Shown: in pieces, positions 25,452-37,139 of the stretch | Layout of the letters: each line of letters starts with the position of its first letter | Position numbering within the stretch: the stretch's first letter is position 1 | NCBI GenBank assembly: GCA_963758635.1 | Contig: CAVWWD010000003.1 | Coordinates: 672,001 to 736,000, forward strand | Direction: 5' to 3' | Source: an uncultured Candidatus Rokubacteria bacterium | GTDB lineage: Bacteria > Methylomirabilota > Methylomirabilia > Rokubacteriales > CSP1-6 | DNA length: 64,000 bases | The notes under the pieces: generated by a model | What the model was told of the DNA's origin: nothing | The model's input: the letters and a program-made list of their open reading frames with translations, nothing else | Database searches by the model: none | Translations under genes and position numbers: made by a program

Positions 25452-26216
25452 GGAGTCGTCCCGAGGTCCCCGTAGCGAGCCTGCAGGAGCGCGATCGCCA
25501 CAGGCCCCGCGGTCTCCGTCCTCAGGATCCTGGGGCCCAGGCCGGCCAGCACGGCGCCCGCGCCTGCGAGGCGAGCGACCTCCGGCTCGGCGAGGCCGCC
25601 CTCGGGACCCACCACGAGCGTGGCCCGCCGGATGGGACCCGCGGGCAGCCGGTCGGCGAGGAGCGCCTGCTCACCCTCCCAGACGCAGACCATGAGGCCC
25701 CGGTCGGCCGGCTCCTCCAGCCAGGCCGACAGGCCAACGGGTGGCGACACGGTCGGCACCACGGCGCGGCCGCACTGCTTGGCCGCCTCGCGCGCGATCC
25801 GCTGCCAGCGCTCGTGACGGCTCCGCCACCGGTCGCCGTCGGCGCGCGCCACCGTCCGCTCGGAGACGAGGGGCCTGACCGCCGCCGCGCCGAGCTCGGT
25901 GACCATCCGGACGATCAGGTCCATCTTGTCGGACTTGGGCACTGCCCTGGGCGAGCGTCAGGTGGAGCGGCGACTCGCCGCCGCCGGCGCGCTCCGCGAG
26001 CACGAGGCCTGCCGCCGTCCGTGCCGTGACCTCGGTGAGCCGGACGCTCCATTCACGGCCCTGGCCGTCGACGGCCACGACCAGGTCGCCCGCCGTCAGT
26101 CGCAGCACCCGGCTCATGTGGCGGCTCTGCTCGCCGTCGAAGGTCACGTGTCGGGCGCCGGCGTCGAGGCCGCTCAGCACGAAGCGCGGGGCCCGCCCCG
26201 TCGGCTCACCGCTCAT
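25448..26216 (-). CDS. rsmE: 16S rRNA m3U1498 methyltransferase; one frameshift at about 25943
   Basis: HMSRVLRL...LTLAQG in one frame; PKSDKMD...TELG, EAAKQCGR, VGPEGG, LGPRILRTETA in the next. Confidence 0.93.
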
Positions 26217-27154
26217 GCGCGCCGCAGCAGCACCGACGACCAGCCCTCGATGACGACGCGTCCGTCCGGCGCGAACCCGGCCGGGCCGAGGCGCATCGCC
26301 ACCTCGGCGTCCTCGCCGTCGAGCATCCCGCCGAGGACGATCGCGCCCCCGGGCGCGACGATCCGCGCGTACGCGGCGGCGAGGGCGAGGTGCGTGTGCG
26401 TGAGCAGGTTCGCCAGCACGAGGTCGAACTCGGCGCCCGGCGCCGTCGCCTCGATGCCCTCGAGCGCCAGCTCGATGGCGTCGGCGCATGCGTTGAGCGC
26501 GGCGTTTCCGGCGACGGCGGCCAGCGCGTCCGGATCGATGTCGATGGCGCGCACCCGCGGCGCGCCGAGCTTCAGCGCGGCGATGGCGAGGATGCCGGTG
26601 CCGGTCCCCACGTCGAGCACGCGGCGGGGCGCCGATCCCGGGCGCCAGCGGCCAGCCTCGGCGTCGAGGAGGGCGAGGCAGCCCTCGGTGCTGCCGTGGT
26701 GCCCGGTGCCGAAGGCGCGGCCCGGCTCGATGACGACGGCGATCCGCGACGACGGCGCCCGCTCGGCCCACGGCGGCAGGACGACGAGACGCTCGCCGAT
26801 CTCCCGAGGCGGGAAGGACTGCTGCCATGCGCTCGCCCACTGGGCGTCGAGGAGGGGGCTGATCTCGGCCGCGCGCCCGCCCACGCCGAAGCCGAGCGCG
26901 GCGAGGGCAGCCCGGTAGGCGTCGACGGCGGCGAGGAGCTTCGTGGACGACCGGTCCTCCGGATAGAACGCGCGCAGCCGCGGCGGCTCGCCGGGCAGCT
27001 CCTCCTCGACCACGCCCAGCGCGCCCTGCTCCCAGAGGAAATTCGTGAGGCCTTCGGTGGTCTCGGCAGACGTGGGGACGCGCAGCTCCCAGAAGCTGGG
27101 CCTCGGCGCGGCGGGAAGCGGCGCGGGGGTGGCTCCCGTTCCGCCGGAGGGCAT
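26213..27154 (-). CDS. prmA: 50S ribosomal protein L11 methyltransferase
   Basis: IEPGRAFGTGHHGST, VLDVGTGTGILAIAA, DID, VLANL; dnaJ-prmA-rsmE synteny. Confidence 0.93.
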   Translation of the reverse strand: MPSGGTGATPAPLPAAPRPSFWELRVPTSAETTEGLTNFLWEQGALGVVEEELPGEPPRLRAFYPEDRSSTKLLAAVDAYRAALAALGFGVGGRAAEISPLLDAQWASAWQQSFPPREIGERLVVLPPWAERAPSSRIAVVIEPGRAFGTGHHGSTEGCLALLDAEAGRWRPGSAPRRVLDVGTGTGILAIAALKLGAPRVRAIDIDPDALAAVAGNAALNACADAIELALEGIEATAPGAEFDLVLANLLTHTHLALAAAYARIVAPGGAIVLGGMLDGEDAEVAMRLGPAGFAPDGRVVIEGWSSVLLRRA

Positions 27155-27251
27155 CAGGACCCGAAGAGCTTCTTCATGTCGATCCGGGCATCAGGACCCG
27201 AAGAGCTTCTTCATGTCGATCCGGGCATCAGGACCCGAAGAGCTTCTTCAT
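27149..27251. repeat. 37-bp tandem repeat (2 full units + 29 bp) duplicating the dnaJ/prmA junction
   Basis: Unit GGGCATCAGGACCCGAAGAGCTTCTTCATGTCGATCC at 27149, 27186, partial at 27223. Confidence 0.95.
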
Positions 27252-28319
27252 CCGGTCGAGCCAGCCCGTGATGAGCGGTCCCGACTCGTCCTTCGAGGAC
27301 TGATGCAGCTCCTCGAGCAGCTCGCGCTGCCGCGCGGTGAGGCGCGTCGGCACCTCGATCGCCACCTGGTACACGGCGTCGCCGTGACCGCGGCCGCGCA
27401 GATGCGGCATGCCCTTGCCACGCAGGCGGATCTGCTCGCCGGGCTGGGTGCCCGCAGGCACGGTGAGCGTGGCCTTGCCGCCCAGCACCGGCACCTCGAC
27501 CTCGGACCCGAGCGCGGCCTGGGGGAACGTGATCGGCAGCTCGCACAGGAGATCGGCGCCGCGGCGCAGGAAGATCTCGTGCGGCTTCACGTGGATCACC
27601 ACGTAGAGGTCGCCGGCCGGGCCACCGTGGATGCCGCCCTCGCCCTCACCCGAGAGCCGGAGCTGGTTGCCGTCCTCGACGCCGCCCGGGATGGTGACGT
27701 TCAGGAGGTGCTCCTTGCGCTGGCGCCCCTGGCCCCGGCACTCCTTGCAGGGGTTCTTGAGGATCTGCCCTTCGCCCCCGCACGTGGGGCAGGGCCGGGC
27801 GACGGTGAGGAAGCCCTGGGAGAAGCGGACCTGTCCCTGACCGCGGCACGACGTGCAGGTCTCCGGCTTGCTCCCCGGCTGGGCGCCGGTGCCGCGGCAG
27901 GCGTCGCACGTCTCGTGGCGCGGGATCTGGAGCTTGGTCTCGATCCCCGCCGCCGCCTCCTCGAGCGTGATCTCGAGGTTGTACTGCAGGTGCTCGCCCC
28001 GGCGCGCGTGCGATCGCCGGCCACGCTCGCCGCCGCCGAAGAAGCCCTCGAAGAGATCTTCGAAGATGGTGCCGAAGCCCGCGTCGCCCGCCGCCGGCCC
28101 GGAGACGGTGCCGAAGCGGTCGTACTGCGCGCGCTTGTCGGGGTCGGAGAGGATGGTGTACGCCTCGCTGACCTCCTTGAAGCGCTCCTCCGCGGCCTTG
28201 TCGCCGGGATTGCGATCGGGATGGTGCATCCGGGCGAGCTTGCGGTAGACCCGCTTCAGCTCGGCCTCGTCCGCGTCCCTCGATACGCCGAGGATGGCGT
28301 AGTAGTTGGGGCCGGCCAC
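27228..28319 (-). CDS. dnaJ: Chaperone DnaJ
   Basis: J-domain HPD, four CxxCxGxG zinc-finger repeats, GDLYV C-terminal domain. Confidence 0.98.
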   Translation of the reverse strand: MAGPNYYAILGVSRDADEAELKRVYRKLARMHHPDRNPGDKAAEERFKEVSEAYTILSDPDKRAQYDRFGTVSGPAAGDAGFGTIFEDLFEGFFGGGERGRRSHARRGEHLQYNLEITLEEAAAGIETKLQIPRHETCDACRGTGAQPGSKPETCTSCRGQGQVRFSQGFLTVARPCPTCGGEGQILKNPCKECRGQGRQRKEHLLNVTIPGGVEDGNQLRLSGEGEGGIHGGPAGDLYVVIHVKPHEIFLRRGADLLCELPITFPQAALGSEVEVPVLGGKATLTVPAGTQPGEQIRLRGKGMPHLRGRGHGDAVYQVAIEVPTRLTARQRELLEELHQSSKDESGPLITGWLDRMKKLFGS

Positions 28320-28323
28320 AGGA

Positions 28324-28881
28324 TCAGCCGGAGGAGGTCGGCGCCGGCGCCGGAGGCTCCGGCGTCATCGCCACGGTGACCATGGCGGGCCGCACCACGC
28401 GCCCGTTGAGGAGGTAGCCTCGGGCGGTCTCGCCGACCACCGTCATCTCCGGCTGGCCGGCCGCGGGCACGCGGGCGACGGCTTCGTGGCGCTCCGGATC
28501 GAACGGGCTCCCCACCGAGGCGAACGGGACCACGCCGAACTTCTCGAGCACGCGCAGCATCTCGCGCTGGATGAGCTCCACGCCGGTCGTCACGCTCGCC
28601 GCGCCGGCGTCACCGCGGGCGGCCTGGAGCGCGCGGTCGAGGTTGTCGAGGACGGGCAGGAGATCCCGGATCAGGCTCTCGTTCGCGTTCTTGATCAGCT
28701 CCTCGCGCTCGCGCGCGGAGCGTTTCCGGGCGTTGTCGAACTCCGCCATCGCCCGCAGGTAGCGCTCGTGGTTGGCCTCGGCCTCGCGGGTCCTGGCCTC
28801 GAGGGCCTCCCGGAGCTGGGCCACGTCCCGGTCGTCGGAGGGAGCGGTCGCGTCGTCACGGTCGAGGTCGTTGTCACTCAT
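28324..28881 (-). CDS. grpE: Nucleotide exchange factor GrpE
   Basis: [48 protein letters not shown]. Confidence 0.97.
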   Translation of the reverse strand: MSDNDLDRDDATAPSDDRDVAQLREALEARTREAEANHERYLRAMAEFDNARKRSAREREELIKNANESLIRDLLPVLDNLDRALQAARGDAGAASVTTGVELIQREMLRVLEKFGVVPFASVGSPFDPERHEAVARVPAAGQPEMTVVGETARGYLLNGRVVRPAMVTVAMTPEPPAPAPTSSG

Positions 28882-28927
28882 GGCAACGGTCAAGTATAGC
28901 AGGCGGTCCGGTCGTCGCTTGTGCGGG

Positions 28928-29968
28928 TCAGGACGGCAGGTAGAGGTCGCGCCGCACGCGGGACAGCGACGAGGACACGAGCCGGGCCGTCTCGTCGACG
29001 AGGGAGATCACCTCCGAATAGGCCATCCGCCGCGGGCCCACCACGCCGAGGACGCCGAGCACCTGGTCGCGATACGTGTAGGTGGAGGTGATCAGGCTGT
29101 ACTCCCGCATCTCCTCCACCGGGTTCTCGCCGCCGATGAGCACCTGGATGCCGCGCTCCTGGGCCATGCGCGACAGGAGGTCGATGAGCCGCGCCTTCTC
29201 CTCGAAGGCCCTCAGCAGGCCCTTGATGGCGCCCACGTCGGAGAGGTCGGGGTGGTCGAGCATGTTGGTGGCGCCGCTGATGTAGAGCGTGCGGGCCCGG
29301 AGCAGGGCGTTCACCTGCTCGATGATCGAGCGGCTGCTCCGCGTCCAGAGCGGATCCAGGGGATCGGCGGGCGCGGCCATGTCGTCGAGGATCTCCTGCA
29401 GCGTCTTGCCGCGATAGCGCCGGGTCAGGGCGCGGCCGAGCTCGCGCAGGTCGTCTCCCCCATGCGCTCCGTCGGGCGTGAGCGGCGCGGTGGTCACCCA
29501 GCCCGTGTCGGTGACGACCACGGCGAGCGCGCGGCCGTCGCCGAGCGGGAGCAGGTCGAGGCGGCTCAGGACGGTCTGCTTGAGCGGCGGCGCGAGGAGG
29601 ATGCCGGTCATGTGCGTGCCCGCCGAGAGCTGAACGGGCGTCCCTGCCATGAGCTGCTCCACGGGGCCCTGCCGCGCGGGAGGCGCCTCCGGCGGGGCGC
29701 TGCCGGCCCACGGCACGCGGCCGAGCGCGTCGACGTAGAAGCGGTATGCCTTGTCGGTGGGCACGCGGCCGGCCGAGGTGTGGGGCTGGCTCAGATAGCC
29801 CATCTCCTCGAGGTCGGCCATGACGTTGCGGATGGTCGCCGCGGACAGGCCGCGCATGTGACGGCGGGCCACGGAGCGTGAGCTCACCGGCTCGGCGCTC
29901 TCCACGTAGTCCGCGATCACCGCCAGCAGGACCTGACGGCTGCGCTCGTCCAGCACGCTTGCGGGCAT
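28928..29968 (-). CDS. hrcA: Heat-inducible transcription repressor
   Basis: LSAATIRNVMADLEEMGYLSQPHTSAGRVPTDKAYRFYVD, GVVGPRRM.Y. Confidence 0.97.
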   Translation of the reverse strand: MPASVLDERSRQVLLAVIADYVESAEPVSSRSVARRHMRGLSAATIRNVMADLEEMGYLSQPHTSAGRVPTDKAYRFYVDALGRVPWAGSAPPEAPPARQGPVEQLMAGTPVQLSAGTHMTGILLAPPLKQTVLSRLDLLPLGDGRALAVVVTDTGWVTTAPLTPDGAHGGDDLRELGRALTRRYRGKTLQEILDDMAAPADPLDPLWTRSSRSIIEQVNALLRARTLYISGATNMLDHPDLSDVGAIKGLLRAFEEKARLIDLLSRMAQERGIQVLIGGENPVEEMREYSLITSTYTYRDQVLGVLGVVGPRRMAYSEVISLVDETARLVSSSLSRVRRDLYLPS

Positions 29969-29990
29969 CGTCCCGGTATCGTAGCACCAA

Positions 29991-30059
29991 GGTGCGGGCA
30001 CCCGGCCTTCGGCCGCCCGATCACCAGGTGCGGGCACCCGGCCTTCGGCCGCCCGCACC
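29991..30059. repeat. Tandem pair of REP-like palindromes upstream of hrcA
   Basis: GGTGCGGGCACCCGGCCTTCGGCCGCCCG twice; same family as 16292. Confidence 0.8.
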
Positions 30060-30131
30060 GTGCGTCGACACATCGCGTGTGGTGTGCGCGTTCAGGATAC
30101 GCTCGCTCGCACCTCGCGTAGTCGGACCCGA

Positions 30132-31319
30132 CTAGACCAGCTCTGAGAACAGGGTGTCGGAGAGGAGGAAGCCGTCCTCGGTGAGGTGGACGCGGCCGGC
30201 GGTGTGCCGGAGGAGGCCGAGATCGGTCCACGAGGCGATCACCGAGGGGAGACGGCCGGGGTCGAGGTCGATGCGCTCGTCGAGCCAGCTCTCCGGAACG
30301 CCCTCGACGAGGCGGAGGCCCAGCATGAGGCGCTCGGCCAGAGTCTGACGGGGCGTGAGGCGCTCGTGAGTGGCCACGGGCAGCCGACCGCTCTCGAGCG
30401 TGGCGCAGTAGCGCTCCACGGCCTTGACGTTGCCGTACCGGACGCCGCCGAGGTAGCCGCAGGCGCCGGGACCGAGGGCCAGGTACTCCTCGGCGTGCCA
30501 GTAGATCTGGTTGTGCTGGGAGCGCCGGCCCGGCCCCGCGTAGTTCGAGACCTCGTAGTGCTCGAGCCCGGCCGCGCGCGTCCGGCGTGTCAGGGCCCGG
30601 TACTGCGCCGCCGCCTCGTCGTCGGAGGGGAGCCCGGCCGTGGTCTCGGGGCGCCAGAGGCTGCCCTCGTCGAGGGTGAGCGCGTAGGCGGAGAGATGGT
30701 CCGGCCGCCACGCGAGCGCCTCGTCGAGCGTCCGCTCCCAGGCCCCCGCGCCGAGCTCCGGCAGGCCGTACATCAGGTCGAGGCTCACGTTGTCGAAGCC
30801 GGCCGCGCGCGCCGCCGCGAAGGCCTCACGCGCCTGGGCCGCGGTGTGGAGGCGGTCGATGCGCGGCAGGAGCGCGTCGTCGAGGGTCTGCACGCCGAGG
30901 CTGATGCGGCTGACGCCGGCGGCCCGGAAGCCTTCGAGCCGCTCGCGCGTGAGGCCGTCGGGGTTGCATTCCACGGTGACCTCGAGGCCCGCCGCGAGCG
31001 ACAGGCGCGCGCGCAGGCGGTCCAGGATGGCCGCGAGCTGCTCGGGCGCGAGCAGCGACGGCGTGCCGCCGCCGAAGAACACGGTGGACGCGCGCACCGC
31101 GGGCGCCCATCCCGCCTCGGCCGCCGCGTCGATCTCGGCGAGGACGGCGCGGACGAAGCGCGGGACCGCGCGCTCGAGGTAGGGGGCGGTGTTGAACGAG
31201 CAGTAGCCGCAGCGCTTGATGCAGAACGGGACGTGGACGTACACGCCGAGCGCGGACGCCCGCGGTGTCCAGTCGAGGACGGGCCGGTCCGGGGTTGCGG
31301 CCCCGCCTACGGCAGCCAC
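30132..31319 (-). CDS. hemW: Radical SAM haem chaperone (HemN-like)
   Basis: YVHVPFCIKRCGYCSFN, GGGTPS, YEVSNY, HNQIYW; lepA-hemW-hrcA synteny. Confidence 0.93.
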   Translation of the reverse strand: MAAVGGAATPDRPVLDWTPRASALGVYVHVPFCIKRCGYCSFNTAPYLERAVPRFVRAVLAEIDAAAEAGWAPAVRASTVFFGGGTPSLLAPEQLAAILDRLRARLSLAAGLEVTVECNPDGLTRERLEGFRAAGVSRISLGVQTLDDALLPRIDRLHTAAQAREAFAAARAAGFDNVSLDLMYGLPELGAGAWERTLDEALAWRPDHLSAYALTLDEGSLWRPETTAGLPSDDEAAAQYRALTRRTRAAGLEHYEVSNYAGPGRRSQHNQIYWHAEEYLALGPGACGYLGGVRYGNVKAVERYCATLESGRLPVATHERLTPRQTLAERLMLGLRLVEGVPESWLDERIDLDPGRLPSVIASWTDLGLLRHTAGRVHLTEDGFLLSDTLFSELV

Positions 31320-31990
31320 TGCGCCAGCCGGCGCCAGCGCATCCAGTGCCGGTCCGCGTCCCAGGACCAGTAGATCAGGAAGGCCTTGCCACGGATCTTC
31401 TCGCGCTTGACGAAGCCCCAGTAACGGCTGTCCTGGGAGTTGTCCCGGTTGTCGCCCATGACGAAGTACGACCCGGGGGGCACCGGGATCGGATCGCAGC
31501 CGTAGAGGTACCCGCAGTGCGTGGACGGCACGCTCGGGATCGATCCCGGCCGCACGTGCGGCTCGGTGATGGCCTGGCCGTTCACGAAGACGCGGTTGTC
31601 GCGCACCTGCACGGTCTCGCCCCCGACGGCGACGATGCGCTTGATGAAGTCGCGCGACTCGTCGTTCGGGTACTTGAACACGACGATGTCGCCGCGGACG
31701 GGATCCCGGAGCCCCGGCAGATGGGTGTCGGTGAAGGGGATCTCGGCCCCGTACAGGAACTTGTTGACGAGGATGTAGTCGCCGATGAGCAGCGTGTCCA
31801 TCATCGAGCCCGACGGGATCGTGAAGGCCTGCACCACGAAGGCCCGGATCACGAGGGCGAGGAGCACCGCGACGACGATCGCCTCGCCGTACTCCCGGAC
31901 GAGCGACTTGCGGCGCGGCCGGGCGATCTCCTCCGCCGGGGCGGGCGTGGGGGCCGGGGCGGTGTCGGGGCGTGTCTCGGTCTCGTTCAC
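31307..31990 (-). CDS. lepB: Signal peptidase I
   Basis: IPSGSM, GDYILVNK, FIKR, GDNRDNSQDSRYWG. Confidence 0.97.
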   Translation of the reverse strand: MNETETRPDTAPAPTPAPAEEIARPRRKSLVREYGEAIVVAVLLALVIRAFVVQAFTIPSGSMMDTLLIGDYILVNKFLYGAEIPFTDTHLPGLRDPVRGDIVVFKYPNDESRDFIKRIVAVGGETVQVRDNRVFVNGQAITEPHVRPGSIPSVPSTHCGYLYGCDPIPVPPGSYFVMGDNRDNSQDSRYWGFVKREKIRGKAFLIYWSWDADRHWMRWRRLAQWLP

Positions 31991-31997
31991 TCGCCTA

Positions 31998-32076
31998 CTG
32001 AGCCTCGCGCATCAGACTAATGCCGAGCGGTGGGATTGTAGAGGCCCGTGGCGGTGACCGTATTCTGCGAGGGTCA

Positions 32077-32077
<1 letters not shown>
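31998..32077. mobile_element. 80-bp MITE-like element family A, copy 2, inside the lepA stop codon
   Basis: Flanked by TA at 31996-97 and 32078-79; terminal inverted repeats. Confidence 0.88.
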
Positions 32078-33867
<1,790 letters not shown>

Positions 33868-33920
33868 CAGGGCTCAGAGTATCACGTTTGGCGAGGCGGT
33901 CCGCCGCGGCTCCCGACGGC

Positions 33921-34976
33921 TCAGGCCGTCACGCGCGCGCCGTCGGGCACGACGGCGCCGGACGGGACGACCGCGCCCGCGTCGATCTGGGCGCGCGCGC
34001 CGATCCGGGCCCCCGCGCCAACCACGCAGTCGGCGAGGCGCGCCCCGGCGCCGACCGAGACGTCGTCCCAGAGCACCGTCCGCTCCACGACCGCGCCCGC
34101 ACCCACGACGCAGCCGTCGCCGAGGACGGCGGCGGGGCCCACTCGCGCGCCGGCGGCGACCCGGCAGCGCGCGCCGAGCACGACGGGCGCGTCCACGCGA
34201 GCGGCGGCGTCGATGTCGGCTCCCGCGCGCGCGTCGGTCGCCGCCGCCGGGGGCGCCACGCGGCTTCCGACACGACCGGCGAGGAGGTCGAGCTGGCCCT
34301 GGAGGTACTTGGCGGGGCTGCCGATGTCGAGCCAGTAGTTGTCCGCGACCCAGCCGTGGAACGGGATGCGGTCCTCGAGGAGCGCGGGGAAGAACTCGCG
34401 CTCGATCGACACCGGCCGTCCGGTTGGAATGCGCTCGAGGAGCGCGCGGTCGAGGGCGTACACGCCGGCGTTGATGGTGTCGGTGGTGATCAGCGTCGGA
34501 TCCGGCTTCTCGAGGAAGCGCGCCACGCGGCCGCCGTCGCCGAGCTCCACCAGGCCGTAGGCGCGGGGATCGGCCACCCGCGTCAGGTAGATCGTGGCCG
34601 CCGAGCCGCGCTCCCGGTGGAAGCGCAGCATGGCGCCGAGGTCGATGTCGGTGAGGACGTCGCCGTTCAGCACCACCACGAGCCCGTCCACGAGGCCGGC
34701 GGCGTTCCGCACGCCGCCCCCCGTGCCGAGCGGCTCCACCTCGACGGCGTAGGCCAGCCGCACGCCGTAGCGGGAGCCGTCGCCCATCGCGCGCTTCACC
34801 TCGTCGACCATGTAGGAGCAGGACAGGACCACGTCGCGCACGCCGTGCTCGCGGAGCAGCGCGAGCTGGTAGGCGAGGAACGGCACGTTGAGCAGGGGCA
34901 CGATCGGCTTCGGACGGGTGAGGGTGAGGGGGCGGAGCCGCGTGCCCTGGCCGCCGGCGAGGATGACCGCGGTTAT
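33921..34976 (-). CDS. NDP-sugar synthase (mannose-1-phosphate guanylyltransferase-like); start uncertain, possibly ATA
   Basis: AVILAGGQGTRLRPLT..RPKP, EPLGTGG, NGD, FLEKP, WLDIG, C-terminal hexapeptide repeats. Confidence 0.9.
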   Translation of the reverse strand: MTAVILAGGQGTRLRPLTLTRPKPIVPLLNVPFLAYQLALLREHGVRDVVLSCSYMVDEVKRAMGDGSRYGVRLAYAVEVEPLGTGGGVRNAAGLVDGLVVVLNGDVLTDIDLGAMLRFHRERGSAATIYLTRVADPRAYGLVELGDGGRVARFLEKPDPTLITTDTINAGVYALDRALLERIPTGRPVSIEREFFPALLEDRIPFHGWVADNYWLDIGSPAKYLQGQLDLLAGRVGSRVAPPAAATDARAGADIDAAARVDAPVVLGARCRVAAGARVGPAAVLGDGCVVGAGAVVERTVLWDDVSVGAGARLADCVVGAGARIGARAQIDAGAVVPSGAVVPDGARVTA

Positions 34977-35143
34977 CGGCCGGGCGTCCAGGGCGTCGCC
35001 TCGCTGACGAGCATGACGGGGATGCCGTCGCGGATCGGGTACGCCTTCTGGCACTTCGGGCAGATGATGCGTGTCTCCTCGAACAGGAGGTCGCCCTTGC
35101 ACGCCGGGCACGCGAGGATGGACTTGAGCTCCTCGTCGATCAT
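34973..35143 (-). CDS. Trm112-family (UPF0434/YcaR-like) small protein
   Basis: MIDEELKSILACPACKGDL...CPKCQKAYPIRDGIPVML; AAGGAG RBS. Confidence 0.9.
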   Translation of the reverse strand: MIDEELKSILACPACKGDLLFEETRIICPKCQKAYPIRDGIPVMLVSEATPWTPGR

Positions 35144-35166
35144 GGTCTGAGCTCCTTCTTGCGGAC

Positions 35167-35249
35167 GTGACGAATGGAGATGTGCCACGCCGCGTGGACG
35201 CAGAATCGCGATGTCGGCCCGCTCGCCGACGTCATCCGCATGTCTTCAC
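35167..35249. repeat. Diverged ~85-bp dispersed repeat family C, copy 1
   Basis: Core ACGCAGAA.CGCG.TGT.GGCCC.CTCGCCGACGT..ATCCGCAT shared with 38477-38561 (inverted) and 47271-47357. Confidence 0.7.
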
Positions 35250-36167
35250 GGCCTGCCTGAAGAACTCGAAGGTGCGGGCCAGCCCCTCGTCGAGCGACAC
35301 CGCGGGGACCCAGCCGAGGAGCCGGGCGGCGCGCCCGGGGGCGAGGCAGCTCCGGCGCTGCTCCCCCGGCCGCGCGGGGCCGCGCTCGGCCTCGACGCGC
35401 ACGCCGGCCACGCGGCGGAGACGGCCATAGAGGTCGTTCACGGTGGTCTCGACGCCGGTGCCGATGTTGATCCCGCCGTCGACCTCGGGGCGATCGAGGG
35501 CGCGCACGTTCGCCGCGGCCACGTCCTCGACGTACACGTAGTCCCGCGTCTGCTCGCCGTCGCCGTTGACGATGGGCGGCTGGCCGGTGAGGAGGCGGTG
35601 GCAGAAGATGGCCACGACGCCCGCTTCGCCCTGGGGGTTCTGGCGGGGCCCGTAGACGTTGGCGTAGCGGAGCGACACCGCACGGATGCCGTGGATCGCC
35701 TTCCAGGCCGCGGCGTAGTGCTCCATCGCGACCTTGGTGATCCCGTACGGCGAGGCGGGCAGGCTCGGATGCTCCTCCGGCGTGGGGATCACGTCGGTGT
35801 CGCCGTAGCCGGCGCCGCCGCTCGACGAGTAGATGAGCTGGCGCACGCCGGCCCGCCGGCAGCACTCGAGCAGGTTCAGGCCGCCCATCACGTTGACACT
35901 GGCGTCGAAGGCGGGGTCCACGACGGACCGCGACACCGCGGCCTGCGCGGCGAGGTGCGCCACCGCCTCCGGCCGCTCCACCGCGAACACCTCGGCGAGC
36001 CGCGCGCTCCGGAGGTCGACCACGTGCAGCCGCGCCGCGGAGTTGACCAACGCCGCGCTCCCCGTGGCGAGGTTGTCCACCACCGACACGTCGTGGCCCC
36101 GTCCCACGAACGCGTCGACGACGTGCGACCCGATAAACCCCGCGCCGCCCGTGACGAGGATCCTCAT
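35232..36167 (-). CDS. NAD-dependent epimerase/dehydratase (UDP-glucose 4-epimerase-like)
   Basis: [44 protein letters not shown]. Confidence 0.93.
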   Translation of the reverse strand: MRILVTGGAGFIGSHVVDAFVGRGHDVSVVDNLATGSAALVNSAARLHVVDLRSARLAEVFAVERPEAVAHLAAQAAVSRSVVDPAFDASVNVMGGLNLLECCRRAGVRQLIYSSSGGAGYGDTDVIPTPEEHPSLPASPYGITKVAMEHYAAAWKAIHGIRAVSLRYANVYGPRQNPQGEAGVVAIFCHRLLTGQPPIVNGDGEQTRDYVYVEDVAAANVRALDRPEVDGGINIGTGVETTVNDLYGRLRRVAGVRVEAERGPARPGEQRRSCLAPGRAARLLGWVPAVSLDEGLARTFEFFRQAVKTCG

Positions 36168-36198
36168 GCGATCGATCCACCGCCGGCGACCAGGATCC

Positions 36199-36202
<4 letters not shown>
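36164..36202 (-). other. 12-aa linker mini-[15 protein letters not shown] (diverged duplicate of next gene's start)
   Basis: ATGA overlaps at both ends; ATGAGGATCCT repeated with 35-bp period. Confidence 0.6.
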
Positions 36203-37128
<926 letters not shown>

Positions 37129-37139
37129 GCCGCCGCCCC

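Noticed and set aside
27149..27251. Mini CRISPR array or attachment site
   Set aside because: Exact tandem copies of the dnaJ end with identical 8-bp filler; no integrase or cas gene
29975..30000. CIRCE element upstream of hrcA
   Set aside because: Only a TAGCAC fragment; second arm and 9-nt spacing absent
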